DNA of 32,000 bases from Formosa sp. Hel1_33_131 (lineage in GTDB: Bacteria > Bacteroidota > Bacteroidia > Flavobacteriales > Flavobacteriaceae), in the NCBI RefSeq assembly GCF_001735745.1, contig NZ_CP017260.1, positions 2,580,001 through 2,612,000 on the forward strand, given 5' to 3'. A model generated the notes under the pieces. That model had not been told where the DNA came from. It searched no databases and saw only the letters and a list, made by a program, of their open reading frames with translations. The position numbers and the translations under genes are program-made. Shown piece by piece: positions 1 to 8,588 of this stretch (position 1 is its first letter; each line of letters starts with the position of its first letter).

Positions 1-377
1 ATTTCAATACTATTAATTGAGTGGTTAGGGTCTAATTTATTTAAAATCCAATCCAATCCTTTACCTCCTTTTGAAAGTGTATTTGCTTTCTTATTTTTTC
101 CTAAAACGCTACTAATAGTTTCATCGGGGTTGCCAAAAGGAATACCAGTATGTAAGATTAAAGTATCATTAAACAATTCTTTGCATACTACATTTCCTAA
201 CTGGTCAATGCTGATAGCCCATGCATAAAACCATACGGATAATTCATTTAAACCGTTTTTAAACTTTCGTTTCCAAAGAGAAGCTACAATGCCCCAAGGA
301 ATTGCAAGCAATAGCAGACTATCAAATAATACAATTGCTACAATTACTAATACGATTGATAAGGTAAAATTCTTCAT
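1..377 (-). CDS. Membrane protein, C-terminally truncated by the window edge (not in the ORF track)
   Basis: My translation from ATG 377..375 reads MKNFTLSIVLVIVAIVLFDSLLLLAIPWGIVASLWKRKF... with no stop down to position 1. The ATGA overlaps the stop of the upstream ORF. The N-terminus is strongly hydrophobic. Confidence 0.45.
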   Translation of the reverse strand, partial: MKNFTLSIVLVIVAIVLFDSLLLLAIPWGIVASLWKRKFKNGLNELSVWFYAWAISIDQLGNVVCKELFNDTLILHTGIPFGNPDETISSVLGKNKKANTLSKGGKGLDWILNKLDPNHSINSIE

Positions 378-745
378 TTTTTATAACTTTTCTCGATGTA
401 TTCTTCGATATAATTTATGACACTTCCGAGAAGCTCCGCACTCACATAGGCGTTAGGCTTCCTTGCCTGCAAGTTTCTTAAGGCCGATTTCCACCAACCC
501 AAAACCAGAAAATTTTGCGACGGTGCGAAAAAGTCTGAAATAGCTTTCTTAACGGCATCTGGCACTTCCAGTATCACAAGCTTTGCGCCTTGCATGTCAG
601 AAAATTTTTGACCATCAATTCTCCGTTGTGGATATAGAATTGATTGATAAATTGAATTTAACGTTTCCGTAGGAATATTTTCCTTATTTTCTAGAGGAGC
701 TGCATTGTACAACTCTATTTGCTCGATGTATTCTTCTCTTGTCAT
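374..745 (-). CDS. Hypothetical protein at the distal end of the tail-fibre module (possible fibre assembly or accessory protein)
   Basis: 123-aa ORF starting 1 nt after the upstream fibre-like gene. Function is suggested by position only. Confidence 0.45.
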   Translation of the reverse strand: MTREEYIEQIELYNAAPLENKENIPTETLNSIYQSILYPQRRIDGQKFSDMQGAKLVILEVPDAVKKAISDFFAPSQNFLVLGWWKSALRNLQARKPNAYVSAELLGSVINYIEEYIEKSYKK

Positions 746-746
746 C

Positions 747-1523
747 TTATCGGTTTATTTCGGTTATAATTAAATGTGTGTAATTCTGGTCAGAAGCCCA
801 TGTTTTCAATGTGCCTCGGCTACCTAATCCACTTGCTGTTCTATTGATGTCGTGTGCCCCATTTACATAAGTAACGCCGTTGTATGTTCTTGCAGTCAAC
901 TCAAATTGTAATGTGAAAGGTTTTGATTTATCAAGGGACAAATTGCCAATGAAATCCAAAATCATTTGGTGATTTAAGGCGTGAATCGCATTGGCCGAAT
1001 TAGACATCACACCACCATCATATCCGGTATTACCGAGATTATGCCAAGTACCGTTCACCTTTGCGTTAACATTCACATATAAGCCTCCCCAACTATTAGT
1101 GTTATCGCGAGTCGGCACATAGATATCCAACCTAACTTGCTTGTTAGGCTGGACTGTTATTTCTGGAAAGAGGTTAAGAAGCGCAGCATTTCCATCACCA
1201 AACGTTTTGGATGTTTTGAATGTTTGCACGTAAGTTTTTCCTGACCCCTCGCCGTCAGCCCCACCTTTTTTAAAAAGTTTTGATAATTCAATCATCAAAT
1301 CGTTTCTGTCACCCGAAAAAGCAACACCATTTATGGCTGTCACTTGATCGACAAAAAGCATTATAGCCTCCTTTTCTTCTTGGTTGGTAGGTGTCTTACT
1401 AATCAAGACTCCTTTTTCATTTCTCGGATGTTTCTGAATAAATACATCCGTTGCAATTATATGCTCAATTTCATCATTATCAGTTTTGATAAGAATATTC
1501 CCTGTTGTTGTTTCTATTTTCAT
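747..1523 (-). CDS. Putative distal tail fibre or receptor-binding protein
   Basis: 258 aa, rich in Gly, Asn and Thr (beta-type composition). It directly follows the tail-collar fibre gene. Confidence 0.4.
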   Translation of the reverse strand: MKIETTTGNILIKTDNDEIEHIIATDVFIQKHPRNEKGVLISKTPTNQEEKEAIMLFVDQVTAINGVAFSGDRNDLMIELSKLFKKGGADGEGSGKTYVQTFKTSKTFGDGNAALLNLFPEITVQPNKQVRLDIYVPTRDNTNSWGGLYVNVNAKVNGTWHNLGNTGYDGGVMSNSANAIHALNHQMILDFIGNLSLDKSKPFTLQFELTARTYNGVTYVNGAHDINRTASGLGSRGTLKTWASDQNYTHLIITEINR

Positions 1524-1525
1524 AA

Positions 1526-2371
1526 TTATAATCCTTTAAACATTATATAAGCCAGTGCGTAATATGGTGGTCGGTTGTCCTTTGGGCTGCCTGTAAATAC
1601 GTGATTGTGCGAATTAGTAACTATTTTATTACTACCAGCAGCGTTAATCGATTCTAAGTTTTCTGCTATTTCACCTCGTCCAGAACCGACAAGTAATCTT
1701 CCAGAAGTCGCAGACCCTAATGAACTTCCTGTTTTTCCCCACCCATCTCTTGAAACTGTTAAAGAAATAGATTTGTTATTTATAGTCCCGGAAGGTGTTA
1801 TATTATTACTGCCACCCTTTTTACCAACCGCATTATACTCGGTATTTGTGGGGTCCAATCCAACCACAAAACGACCTCTTAAATTTGGAGTTCCATTAGT
1901 TCCGTTACACAATACCCAACCTTGTGGGATATTAGCAATCGCACCGCTCCACATACTTATCAAACCTATTGGCATGGACATTTGAGTAAGTGGCGTAAAC
2001 CGCTTTAGTAAATTGAAATTAAAGGACTCTAAGCCACCCGTTCCGCATTTAGCATACCGACTAACATATGCTCGTTTTTGGTCTAAATTACCATCGTTAT
2101 CATTATCTTGGTTGTACGCAACTTCTTGTACATCTTCGTAGATACTTACGGTATTATTAAAAGTGCCACCCCGAAAAGGTAAAAGCTCCCCATTATACAC
2201 AATAGAACCCTCTGTAACATTCCCTGCAACAACTTGTACACCTTCCAAAATGAAAGTATCGCCCCCTAATGCGGTTAATGCCTTAATTGCCTTCCCGTAG
2301 GCATCTTGCAAAAAATTAAACGTTGTAGTGGTTACTGGGAAACCACCGCTATATAATTCTACTCTATCCAT
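1526..2371 (-). CDS. Tail fibre protein with a phage tail-collar domain
   Basis: GLISMWSGAIANIPQGWVLCNGTNGTPNLRGRFVVG matches the tail-collar signature (W-G-x-IP-GW-LCDG-NGTP-LRGRF). Confidence 0.7.
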   Translation of the reverse strand: MDRVELYSGGFPVTTTTFNFLQDAYGKAIKALTALGGDTFILEGVQVVAGNVTEGSIVYNGELLPFRGGTFNNTVSIYEDVQEVAYNQDNDNDGNLDQKRAYVSRYAKCGTGGLESFNFNLLKRFTPLTQMSMPIGLISMWSGAIANIPQGWVLCNGTNGTPNLRGRFVVGLDPTNTEYNAVGKKGGSNNITPSGTINNKSISLTVSRDGWGKTGSSLGSATSGRLLVGSGRGEIAENLESINAAGSNKIVTNSHNHVFTGSPKDNRPPYYALAYIMFKGL

Positions 2372-2859
2372 TTTATATTATATGTTTTTGATGCGAGTTT
2401 ATACGCATTGATTAATGTTCTCATATCACTTAAAAATCCTTCCAAAGCAATCGGCGATGCTGGTTTTAATTCAATAGGAACAAATACTAAAAAATCATCC
2501 TGACCGCCTATTAAATCTTCATCACTGTATATATATTGCGTGTCGATATAAACAGGTAATTGCTCTTCGGGTGTGTACACATAAAGGGCTTGTAAAAAAA
2601 TACCATTTTCGATATAAATTCGCTTTAACTCAGTATCAAAAGCATCATTTAATACCTTTTGTAAATAACAGACTTGTGAGTTATGGCTCAACTTGTAATT
2701 AACTCGTTTACGAAACTTTAAAAAATCACTGTACAGTTCTTTTATAGGTGCAATGAGTACCTGCAACCATGTAAAGAGCTTAACCTTTCTTAAAAAAGTA
2801 GGCAAGAGCCAAACAACAAGTTTGTTGTAATCTATTATGTATATCCTATCAAAGTTCAC
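2359..2859 (-). CDS. Baseplate or tail protein (position of Mu gp48 / P2 gpI)
   Basis: 166 aa, overlapping both neighbouring genes. Function is suggested by synteny only. Confidence 0.35.
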   Translation of the reverse strand: MNFDRIYIIDYNKLVVWLLPTFLRKVKLFTWLQVLIAPIKELYSDFLKFRKRVNYKLSHNSQVCYLQKVLNDAFDTELKRIYIENGIFLQALYVYTPEEQLPVYIDTQYIYSDEDLIGGQDDFLVFVPIELKPASPIALEGFLSDMRTLINAYKLASKTYNIKWIE

Positions 2860-3733
2860 GAGGCACGTAATTTATTACGGTGTTATCTAAATCTAAACGC
2901 ATATAGCCAGCTCTTGCGATATAAGTCTCGTCAATTTCGGCATAGTCAAAGTCTCCATATTTAGAGTATGCTTCTCGTATTTTTGGAATTTTAACACCCT
3001 CAACATTCTGCAAGTAATCTGTTAGCTTGGTTAATATCAGTTCGCCGTTAAATTCAAGGGTGTATAAAAACGTATTGATTGCTTGTATTACTGGTGTGTT
3101 ATCTGTACCATCTTTTCGGCTTCCATCTTGCCAAAGTATTTGCGGGTCGTATTGTATTTCTAAAACGAGCTTTAAATCGTCGTGAGGTAGTGATATATAT
3201 TGTATGTATGTACCAGCATCGGCAACCAAGAACATATATGCTTTAAAGGCTTCCATTTCGGGAGCTTCTAATGGGACTAATTGAGTGTTTTCTTCTTTAG
3301 CGAGTTTTAACTCTAAAAAACCATGCCCATTTATAATTTTACGTATAACGGCAACATGCTTTATGATTTTACTTTGCTCAATATCTGCTACCACCAAATC
3401 CGTATTATCGTAATAATCGGTTTGAGGTACTAAAGCATGCCCATATTGAAACTCTAAAGCCTTTTTTTTGTACCAAAGAAAATTATGTATTTCGTTAGCC
3501 GCTATACGCTGGTCTACCTCGGTTTCATAAATATCAAAAAGATTTTCTAATGACCATATAGCAAAAGCAACAATATACACCCATAGTCGCCATATAGCCA
3601 CTTTGGAGATACTTGTAAGACTTGATAAAGTACGTTGCTCATCCGTAGTTAAAACCTCTAAGGCAGAAAGCTCTGCGGTTTCCGTTTTCTTATCTAAAAT
3701 GAGTTGCTGTATGGTGTTTAAATCCCTTGCCAT
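2849..3733 (-). CDS. Baseplate J-like wedge protein
   Basis: 294 aa. Its size and position in the baseplate cluster fit; no diagnostic motif was recognised. Confidence 0.4.
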   Translation of the reverse strand: MARDLNTIQQLILDKKTETAELSALEVLTTDEQRTLSSLTSISKVAIWRLWVYIVAFAIWSLENLFDIYETEVDQRIAANEIHNFLWYKKKALEFQYGHALVPQTDYYDNTDLVVADIEQSKIIKHVAVIRKIINGHGFLELKLAKEENTQLVPLEAPEMEAFKAYMFLVADAGTYIQYISLPHDDLKLVLEIQYDPQILWQDGSRKDGTDNTPVIQAINTFLYTLEFNGELILTKLTDYLQNVEGVKIPKIREAYSKYGDFDYAEIDETYIARAGYMRLDLDNTVINYVPREL

Positions 3734-3747
3734 TTGATGTGCTTATT

Positions 3748-4152
3748 TTAAAATTCCCAGTTTTGATTTAATGCTTCATTTTTAAATTCTATACCATTTA
3801 ATAGCCATGCTTCCGCCTGTACAGAGGTAAGTATAATGCCATCATCTACGATATTAAATAAGGCTAAAACATCGATGTAATTCGGTTTACCCCATTTAAT
3901 AACTTCCTTTGTGTCAGGATGTATAATAGTATCTGTTGTATCTATCATATCAAATGACAAAACAAAACCAGTGTCAATTGGTTTTTTATCTAAATCGTCA
4001 ATAGAGTTGAATACCAGAAAACGAACCCTTAAATGTTTGTCTATTATTTGATTTTCAATACCTGATACTATTAGTACAGCATTATTATGCGAACTTCCTG
4101 TATCACTTATAAATGGCGTGTTTTGTTTTCTTTTTAACTGTAATATTTTCAT
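3748..4152 (-). CDS. Hypothetical structural protein
   Basis: 134-aa ORF, co-oriented and tightly packed within the baseplate/fibre cluster. Confidence 0.4.
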   Translation of the reverse strand: MKILQLKRKQNTPFISDTGSSHNNAVLIVSGIENQIIDKHLRVRFLVFNSIDDLDKKPIDTGFVLSFDMIDTTDTIIHPDTKEVIKWGKPNYIDVLALFNIVDDGIILTSVQAEAWLLNGIEFKNEALNQNWEF

Positions 4153-4153
4153 G

Positions 4154-5434
4154 TTATCCTATTTTTAAAAACCCGTTAGTATCTCTATAAAGTTTATTTG
4201 ACCCTTGTGAAGTTGTGGGCAGACCTATTATTTCGATAGCTCCATCCTCCCATATTTTAAGTGTTTTAATACCGTTGCATTCAATGGTTAAATTGTAAGT
4301 TCCATTGTCTCTACTAAACAAGGTTCTAAATTTTGAATTGTCATTTGTGTCCTTGTATATTCTTTGAATAGAGCCAAAAACCATTCCTTGAATATATTCT
4401 ACTATATAAGAGTTTCCATTTGTATCAGTCTTTACGGTATCTTTTATAATTCCTTGGTCTGCGTGTCTATTTATATTAGCATTTCCAATAAAGTTTAATT
4501 CACTATTATTATATATGTTATTAGCGCTTTTTCTTAAAATTTGTAAAACATCTTGTAAATTGAATAGTTTTTCATCAACTATAACTTTTTTTAACACACC
4601 ACTATTTGCAGGGTTGCCTCCTGAAAAGGAATAAGCCGATGTATCATTATTGATGCTATGAATAGCTATAATTTGCCCATCTTCTAACAGCACACTATCT
4701 CTGTTGTTTAATTCACTTAAAAATGAAGTTCCTACACCAACAATTTCAAAACCGTTAAAACTTGCTGTACCAGTAAGTGGTGTTTCTGTAGTCTTTACAC
4801 CAACGTCTAAAGCATAATCTGCTTCATCTCTATTAATAGCTACTTTTGTTGAATCAATAGTTTTAATATTGCTATTATCAGTATTGTCCCACTTTTGTTT
4901 TAAGCCAGCCAACTTTTCTTTTTCGGCTTGGCTAAAATTGGTGTCCGATAACCCTTTACCATCTTCTTTATCTACTTTTAAAGTAATATTCTGCTGTACT
5001 TGGTTTAATAAATCTTGTAAGCCATCTATAAAATCAATAGGCTGGGAGCTTGGCGGTATGTAATTTTCTAAACTGGCTAATTTTTCTTTTTCGGATTGGC
5101 TAAAATTGGTATCCGATAATCCTTTGCCGTTCACTTTATCCACTTTTAAAGTTTGCAGCGTTGTAATATTTGTCGTTATGGTGTTTATAGCATCTACTAA
5201 TCCGTCAATATATGCCATAGGTTTGGAAACATCGGGTACAAATTTTTCTATAATTAAAATTTCGCCATCCGTAAATTTAAAAGTGACGTCACCTGCAGCA
5301 TTTACTGATTTTTCTGTAAGTATCTCGCCATTGTCTTTATGATGGAAACTATCAAAAGCATCGTAGAATTGCTGCTGGGTAGGGACGTCTCCCGTTTCAA
5401 ACCATGTTTTTATTATATGTAAAGGTTTCTTCAT
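4154..5434 (-). CDS. Tail fibre-like protein with a tandem internal repeat
   Basis: The N-terminus is WFETGDVPTQQQFYDAFDSFHHKD. There are two ~58-aa repeats containing KVDKxxGKGLSDTNFSQxEKEKLAxL, a fibre-repeat type motif. Confidence 0.6.
   Translation of the reverse strand: MKKPLHIIKTWFETGDVPTQQQFYDAFDSFHHKDNGEILTEKSVNAAGDVTFKFTDGEILIIEKFVPDVSKPMAYIDGLVDAINTITTNITTLQTLKVDKVNGKGLSDTNFSQSEKEKLASLENYIPPSSQPIDFIDGLQDLLNQVQQNITLKVDKEDGKGLSDTNFSQAEKEKLAGLKQKWDNTDNSNIKTIDSTKVAINRDEADYALDVGVKTTETPLTGTASFNGFEIVGVGTSFLSELNNRDSVLLEDGQIIAIHSINNDTSAYSFSGGNPANSGVLKKVIVDEKLFNLQDVLQILRKSANNIYNNSELNFIGNANINRHADQGIIKDTVKTDTNGNSYIVEYIQGMVFGSIQRIYKDTNDNSKFRTLFSRDNGTYNLTIECNGIKTLKIWEDGAIEIIGLPTTSQGSNKLYRDTNGFLKIG
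4900..5225 (-). repeat. In-frame tandem duplication (~171-174 nt period) inside the fibre gene
   Basis: Positions 4904-4990 and 5071-5150 align by eye at roughly 85% identity: ...ttttctttttcgg(c/a)ttggctaaaattggt(g/a)tccgataa... Confidence 0.8.
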
Positions 5435-5437
5435 TTT

Positions 5438-5728
5438 CTATCCTATTATAAATGTGTTTGTTATATTCATAATCCCGATGCCTCCTAAGGATTGATTAAC
5501 GGTTATTTTAGTTGCTGTTGCAGGTCTTATTTGCTTTTTTTTGTAATAATCTGCGGCTTCATTTTCTTCAAAACTATTTTTGGCTAATTCTAAAATTATT
5601 CCTTCTTCTAAATCATCAGTAATACCTAAACCATTAACTATTGCTAAATCAAACACAGCGTATGGTGTGCCATACTCTTGAATAGCTATATCTAAAAGAT
5701 TTTGATTATATATGACTCTAGGTTTCAT
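5438..5728 (-). CDS. LysM-like small tail protein (P2 gpX-like)
   Basis: NLLDIAIQEYGTPYAVFDLAIVNGLGITDDLEEGIILEL resembles a LysM/gpX fold pattern. It lies in the baseplate cluster. Confidence 0.4.
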   Translation of the reverse strand: MKPRVIYNQNLLDIAIQEYGTPYAVFDLAIVNGLGITDDLEEGIILELAKNSFEENEAADYYKKKQIRPATATKITVNQSLGGIGIMNITNTFIIG

Positions 5729-6033
5729 TAATTTTTTGCTTCGTGTTGTTTTCTATAGTCGTCAAACTCTTTTTTAAGAGTTCTGTATTTGCCTTTCCAC
5801 AAATCCAAATTTTCACGCAACAACTGTATTTCTTTTTCCAACTCCAAAAATTTTGAGTCGTAGCGGTTTTTTAAGTCCGTCAGTGCCTCTTGGTACATAT
5901 CTACAATATGCTGCTGGTGTATATCGTTGGTGCTTTGGATTTCTTGGTGTCGCTTTTTGCGCTCAAAAAGCCATGCGCTGACCCCCGCTAGGGCGGTCAA
6001 GATTTCCGTGATGTGTTGTTTAATAAATTCCAT
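5728..6033 (-). CDS. Single-pass membrane protein with a long coiled coil
   Basis: A TM segment (ITEILTALAGVSAWLF) is followed by ERKKRHQE and a heptad-rich, charged helix. Confidence 0.5.
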   Translation of the reverse strand: MEFIKQHITEILTALAGVSAWLFERKKRHQEIQSTNDIHQQHIVDMYQEALTDLKNRYDSKFLELEKEIQLLRENLDLWKGKYRTLKKEFDDYRKQHEAKN

Positions 6034-6314
6034 TAGCTTTTTTTAATATTTAGTGTTATGTATTTTTTAAGGGCTTCATAATCTTTACCATCACGCTGTA
6101 GGTGTAGTTTAATTCTTGTTTGCAATTCGTCATCATCAACACTGCTATTGACTAATCGTATAATACTAGCGCCCAGTAATGGGTCACTTTTTAATTCGCC
6201 TTGATTTAACCTAAGTATGATACCGACATCTTGTGTTAAACTAGCATCAATCTTAAAATCACCATCTTCAAAAATTAGGTCATCATTTTCATCTAATACT
6301 ATATCTTGTTCCAT
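6033..6314 (-). CDS. Small baseplate wedge protein (gp25/W- or XkdS-like)
   Basis: 93 aa. FEDGDFKIDASLTQDVGIILRLNQGELKSDPLLG resembles the small baseplate protein pattern, and the position fits. Confidence 0.35.
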   Translation of the reverse strand: MEQDIVLDENDDLIFEDGDFKIDASLTQDVGIILRLNQGELKSDPLLGASIIRLVNSSVDDDELQTRIKLHLQRDGKDYEALKKYITLNIKKS

Positions 6315-6524
6315 TTAGTTGTTAATTACTCCCGTTGCTGTTACAGTAGCACCATCACTTGAAACGCCAGTAACCGTTGTTGTACGGCCAATGACAAATT
6401 GAGCAATAGCCGCCGCTTGTTTTTCTGCAAAACGTCTTCTGGCTTGTTCTGGTGTAACTCCAGCATCAGCTTCTACATCGTAGGCTTGTTCTAATAGATC
6501 CGCTAATTGTGCTTCTGTAATCAT
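6315..6524 (-). CDS. Hypothetical small protein between the spike and wedge genes
   Basis: 69-aa ORF with an Ala-rich helix followed by a TTTVTGVSSDGATVTATGV beta segment. Confidence 0.4.
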   Translation of the reverse strand: MITEAQLADLLEQAYDVEADAGVTPEQARRRFAEKQAAAIAQFVIGRTTTVTGVSSDGATVTATGVINN

Positions 6525-6525
6525 C

Positions 6526-7008
6526 TTATGTTAAAACAGTATTTAACCGCTGTTTAATCGCATTCATTGCTGGTACATTTATACTTGTTCCTTGTATGAC
6601 TATTATTTTGTTGAGTTCAACAATCAAATCATTGAGAACCTTCTTTAATGTTTCATTATTTCGCTTTACTAAAAACCCATTCGCATCAATTTTAAACGTA
6701 CTGGTGCCTACTTCAATAAATAGTTCATCAACAGCTTCCGCTTCTATTAAAAAGGTGGCTGCTTCATTATTGAGTATTAAACCGATCAAACATTTAGCAC
6801 CAATTTTTGGTTTTTTATAAACAGATCCTAAGCCGAGTAATACATCGTAAAATTCTAAATCATCAATCAAGCCTTTTACGGTCATTGTTTTGTTATTCCA
6901 ATCGACTTCTACAACTTCAGCCCAATGTGTTTGTACTTTGGTATTGCCTTTTGTTTTTAAATCTAAAAGATTTGTAAACTCGTTTAATTCTTGCCCTTCT
7001 CTTTTCAT
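6526..7008 (-). CDS. Baseplate spike / assembly protein V-like (Mu gp45 position)
   Basis: 160 aa. AEVVEVDWNNKTMTVKG...YDVLLGLG has an OB-fold-like pattern, and the gene follows the hub gene. Confidence 0.4.
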   Translation of the reverse strand: MKREGQELNEFTNLLDLKTKGNTKVQTHWAEVVEVDWNNKTMTVKGLIDDLEFYDVLLGLGSVYKKPKIGAKCLIGLILNNEAATFLIEAEAVDELFIEVGTSTFKIDANGFLVKRNNETLKKVLNDLIVELNKIIVIQGTSINVPAMNAIKQRLNTVLT

Positions 7009-7973
7009 ACGACCCCACCTAGTGTTATTTCTTGTCTAATTTTAGCATTGCCAAAGGTTTTATTGACGGCTTCGATATAATACACTCCAGATCTATCTTC
7101 ATATAATTTACTAGTCAAATTAACTTTTAAACCATGTCTTACACTTGGCTCACCAAATGCTGTAAAACTGCCATCGAAACCGCCACGCTTTTTAGTTTCG
7201 TAATCTTTTTCTAAAAGCTTTTTAATTTCAGCTTTTAATTCAATATTGTAATACGTTAATTGGTATTCATCACCTCCTGGATCTCCAATTTCTGCTAATA
7301 CTTTTTTACCGTTTCTCAGGACAGAAACACCTTTAATTTTTAAAATAACATCTTCTGCATTTCTGTAATTTAGATCATTGCTGACGGCGTTGCGTTCTAA
7401 ATGAAAATTAACCGTTTCTTCTTCGCTATCATCTGCATAGTACTTACCACAAACCAATCGTTTGCCTTTCATATAGCTATACAAATTGTAAGGATCCTTA
7501 CTTAATTTCTCCAATACTAGTGCTACGGTACTTTTAGCAAACCGTACACCGCCAAGTTCTACGCCTTCTAAGGCATCTACAGCATAATTTGGTGCAATAG
7601 TTTCAAGAAGCTTTTGAAGGGTCACATTCTTAAAGCTTACATTAACGGGAAGCTGCTTTAGTTTCCACATTTCATCTTCACAAGTAATTACGACTGGGAT
7701 TCCAGCAGATGCTTGTGTTATATACCCCTCAAATTCCGTCACATAATTACCATTATAGCCAAATTCAATTTTAATTGGTGCGCCCCTTCTAAAAATAGCA
7801 CGCACTTTATGTTTGTCAAAGAACTTTACATTTCTGGGCAATGTTACAGTTGCCCGGTCTGTTAATTGTTTAAAACTCGTTTCAGTTGTTATGGCTGAAA
7901 CTTGATGTATTATTAATTCTCGTCTACCTTCATATTTTGGTAGCGTAATTCTTGCGTTTAGTGCTAATGCCAT
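7005..7973 (-). CDS. Baseplate hub protein (P2 gpD / Mu gp44-like)
   Basis: 322 aa, second gene after the tape measure, with a 4-nt overlap on its neighbour. Confidence 0.5.
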   Translation of the reverse strand: MALALNARITLPKYEGRRELIIHQVSAITTETSFKQLTDRATVTLPRNVKFFDKHKVRAIFRRGAPIKIEFGYNGNYVTEFEGYITQASAGIPVVITCEDEMWKLKQLPVNVSFKNVTLQKLLETIAPNYAVDALEGVELGGVRFAKSTVALVLEKLSKDPYNLYSYMKGKRLVCGKYYADDSEEETVNFHLERNAVSNDLNYRNAEDVILKIKGVSVLRNGKKVLAEIGDPGGDEYQLTYYNIELKAEIKKLLEKDYETKKRGGFDGSFTAFGEPSVRHGLKVNLTSKLYEDRSGVYYIEAVNKTFGNAKIRQEITLGGVV

Positions 7974-7976
7974 AAT

Positions 7977-8588
7977 TCACAAGATTAATTCCAATGGTGC
8001 ATCACTAACTGCTGCAATTTCAAAGGGTATTATATTTTGTTTCCCTTCTAGTTGTGGAAAATTAATGTCTTCTATAACCAATCTATAAATAGACTTGTCT
8101 AAAAACAATTCACCAATGACTTCTATACTATCTGCAATGTTTTCCCACTTCAACAATTCTTGGTGTTGTTCGTATGCAGATACTTGTGGCGTATCTAAAC
8201 ACAGCCCACGAAAACGTATTTGCCAATCATCAAAGCCATAAATCTCTTTTACCGTCCCATTACTCCCAAGTATTTTTGTTTTAGTGATGTTTTTTGCACG
8301 TCTAAAATCAATTAACGTGGCTGGTGGAATATTAAAATCATTTAATGCTTGATCATCAATTATACCTGTTTCTTTATAATATTGATATGTACTACCTTTA
8401 AACACCGTTGGATAAATAATAGGAGTTCCCAGCCATGACATTTTTTTAGCTTCTTTTTTTTCCTTAACAGGAATTGAAGTATAGCTAGCATCCCCATTTT
8501 GTGGTGCATCATTTGGCAATACAAAATTGGCTGTATTTACACCAAATGCTTTGCTTAATAAAGTTGCTATGTCAAAGTTTGTATTCAT
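7977..8588 (-). CDS. Tail/baseplate protein immediately after the tape measure
   Basis: 203 aa. Its start abuts the TMP stop. Function is suggested by position (Mu gp43 slot). Confidence 0.4.
   Translation of the reverse strand: MNTNFDIATLLSKAFGVNTANFVLPNDAPQNGDASYTSIPVKEKKEAKKMSWLGTPIIYPTVFKGSTYQYYKETGIIDDQALNDFNIPPATLIDFRRAKNITKTKILGSNGTVKEIYGFDDWQIRFRGLCLDTPQVSAYEQHQELLKWENIADSIEVIGELFLDKSIYRLVIEDINFPQLEGKQNIIPFEIAAVSDAPLELIL

Noticed and set aside
1344-1985. + strand ORFs (68 and 126 aa) opposite the tail fibre genes, considered as an invertible alternative-fibre segment like the Mu G region
   Set aside because: There is no invertase gene in the window. I could see no flanking inverted repeats. 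The translations look like antisense artefacts, and the - strand fibres are intact with a clear collar motif.
4900-5225. Fibre repeats considered as a DGR template/variable repeat pair
   Set aside because: There is no reverse transcriptase in the window. The copies are adjacent in-frame units of one gene. The mismatches I listed are mixed (c/a, g/a, c/t, a/g, t/c) rather than adenine-specific.
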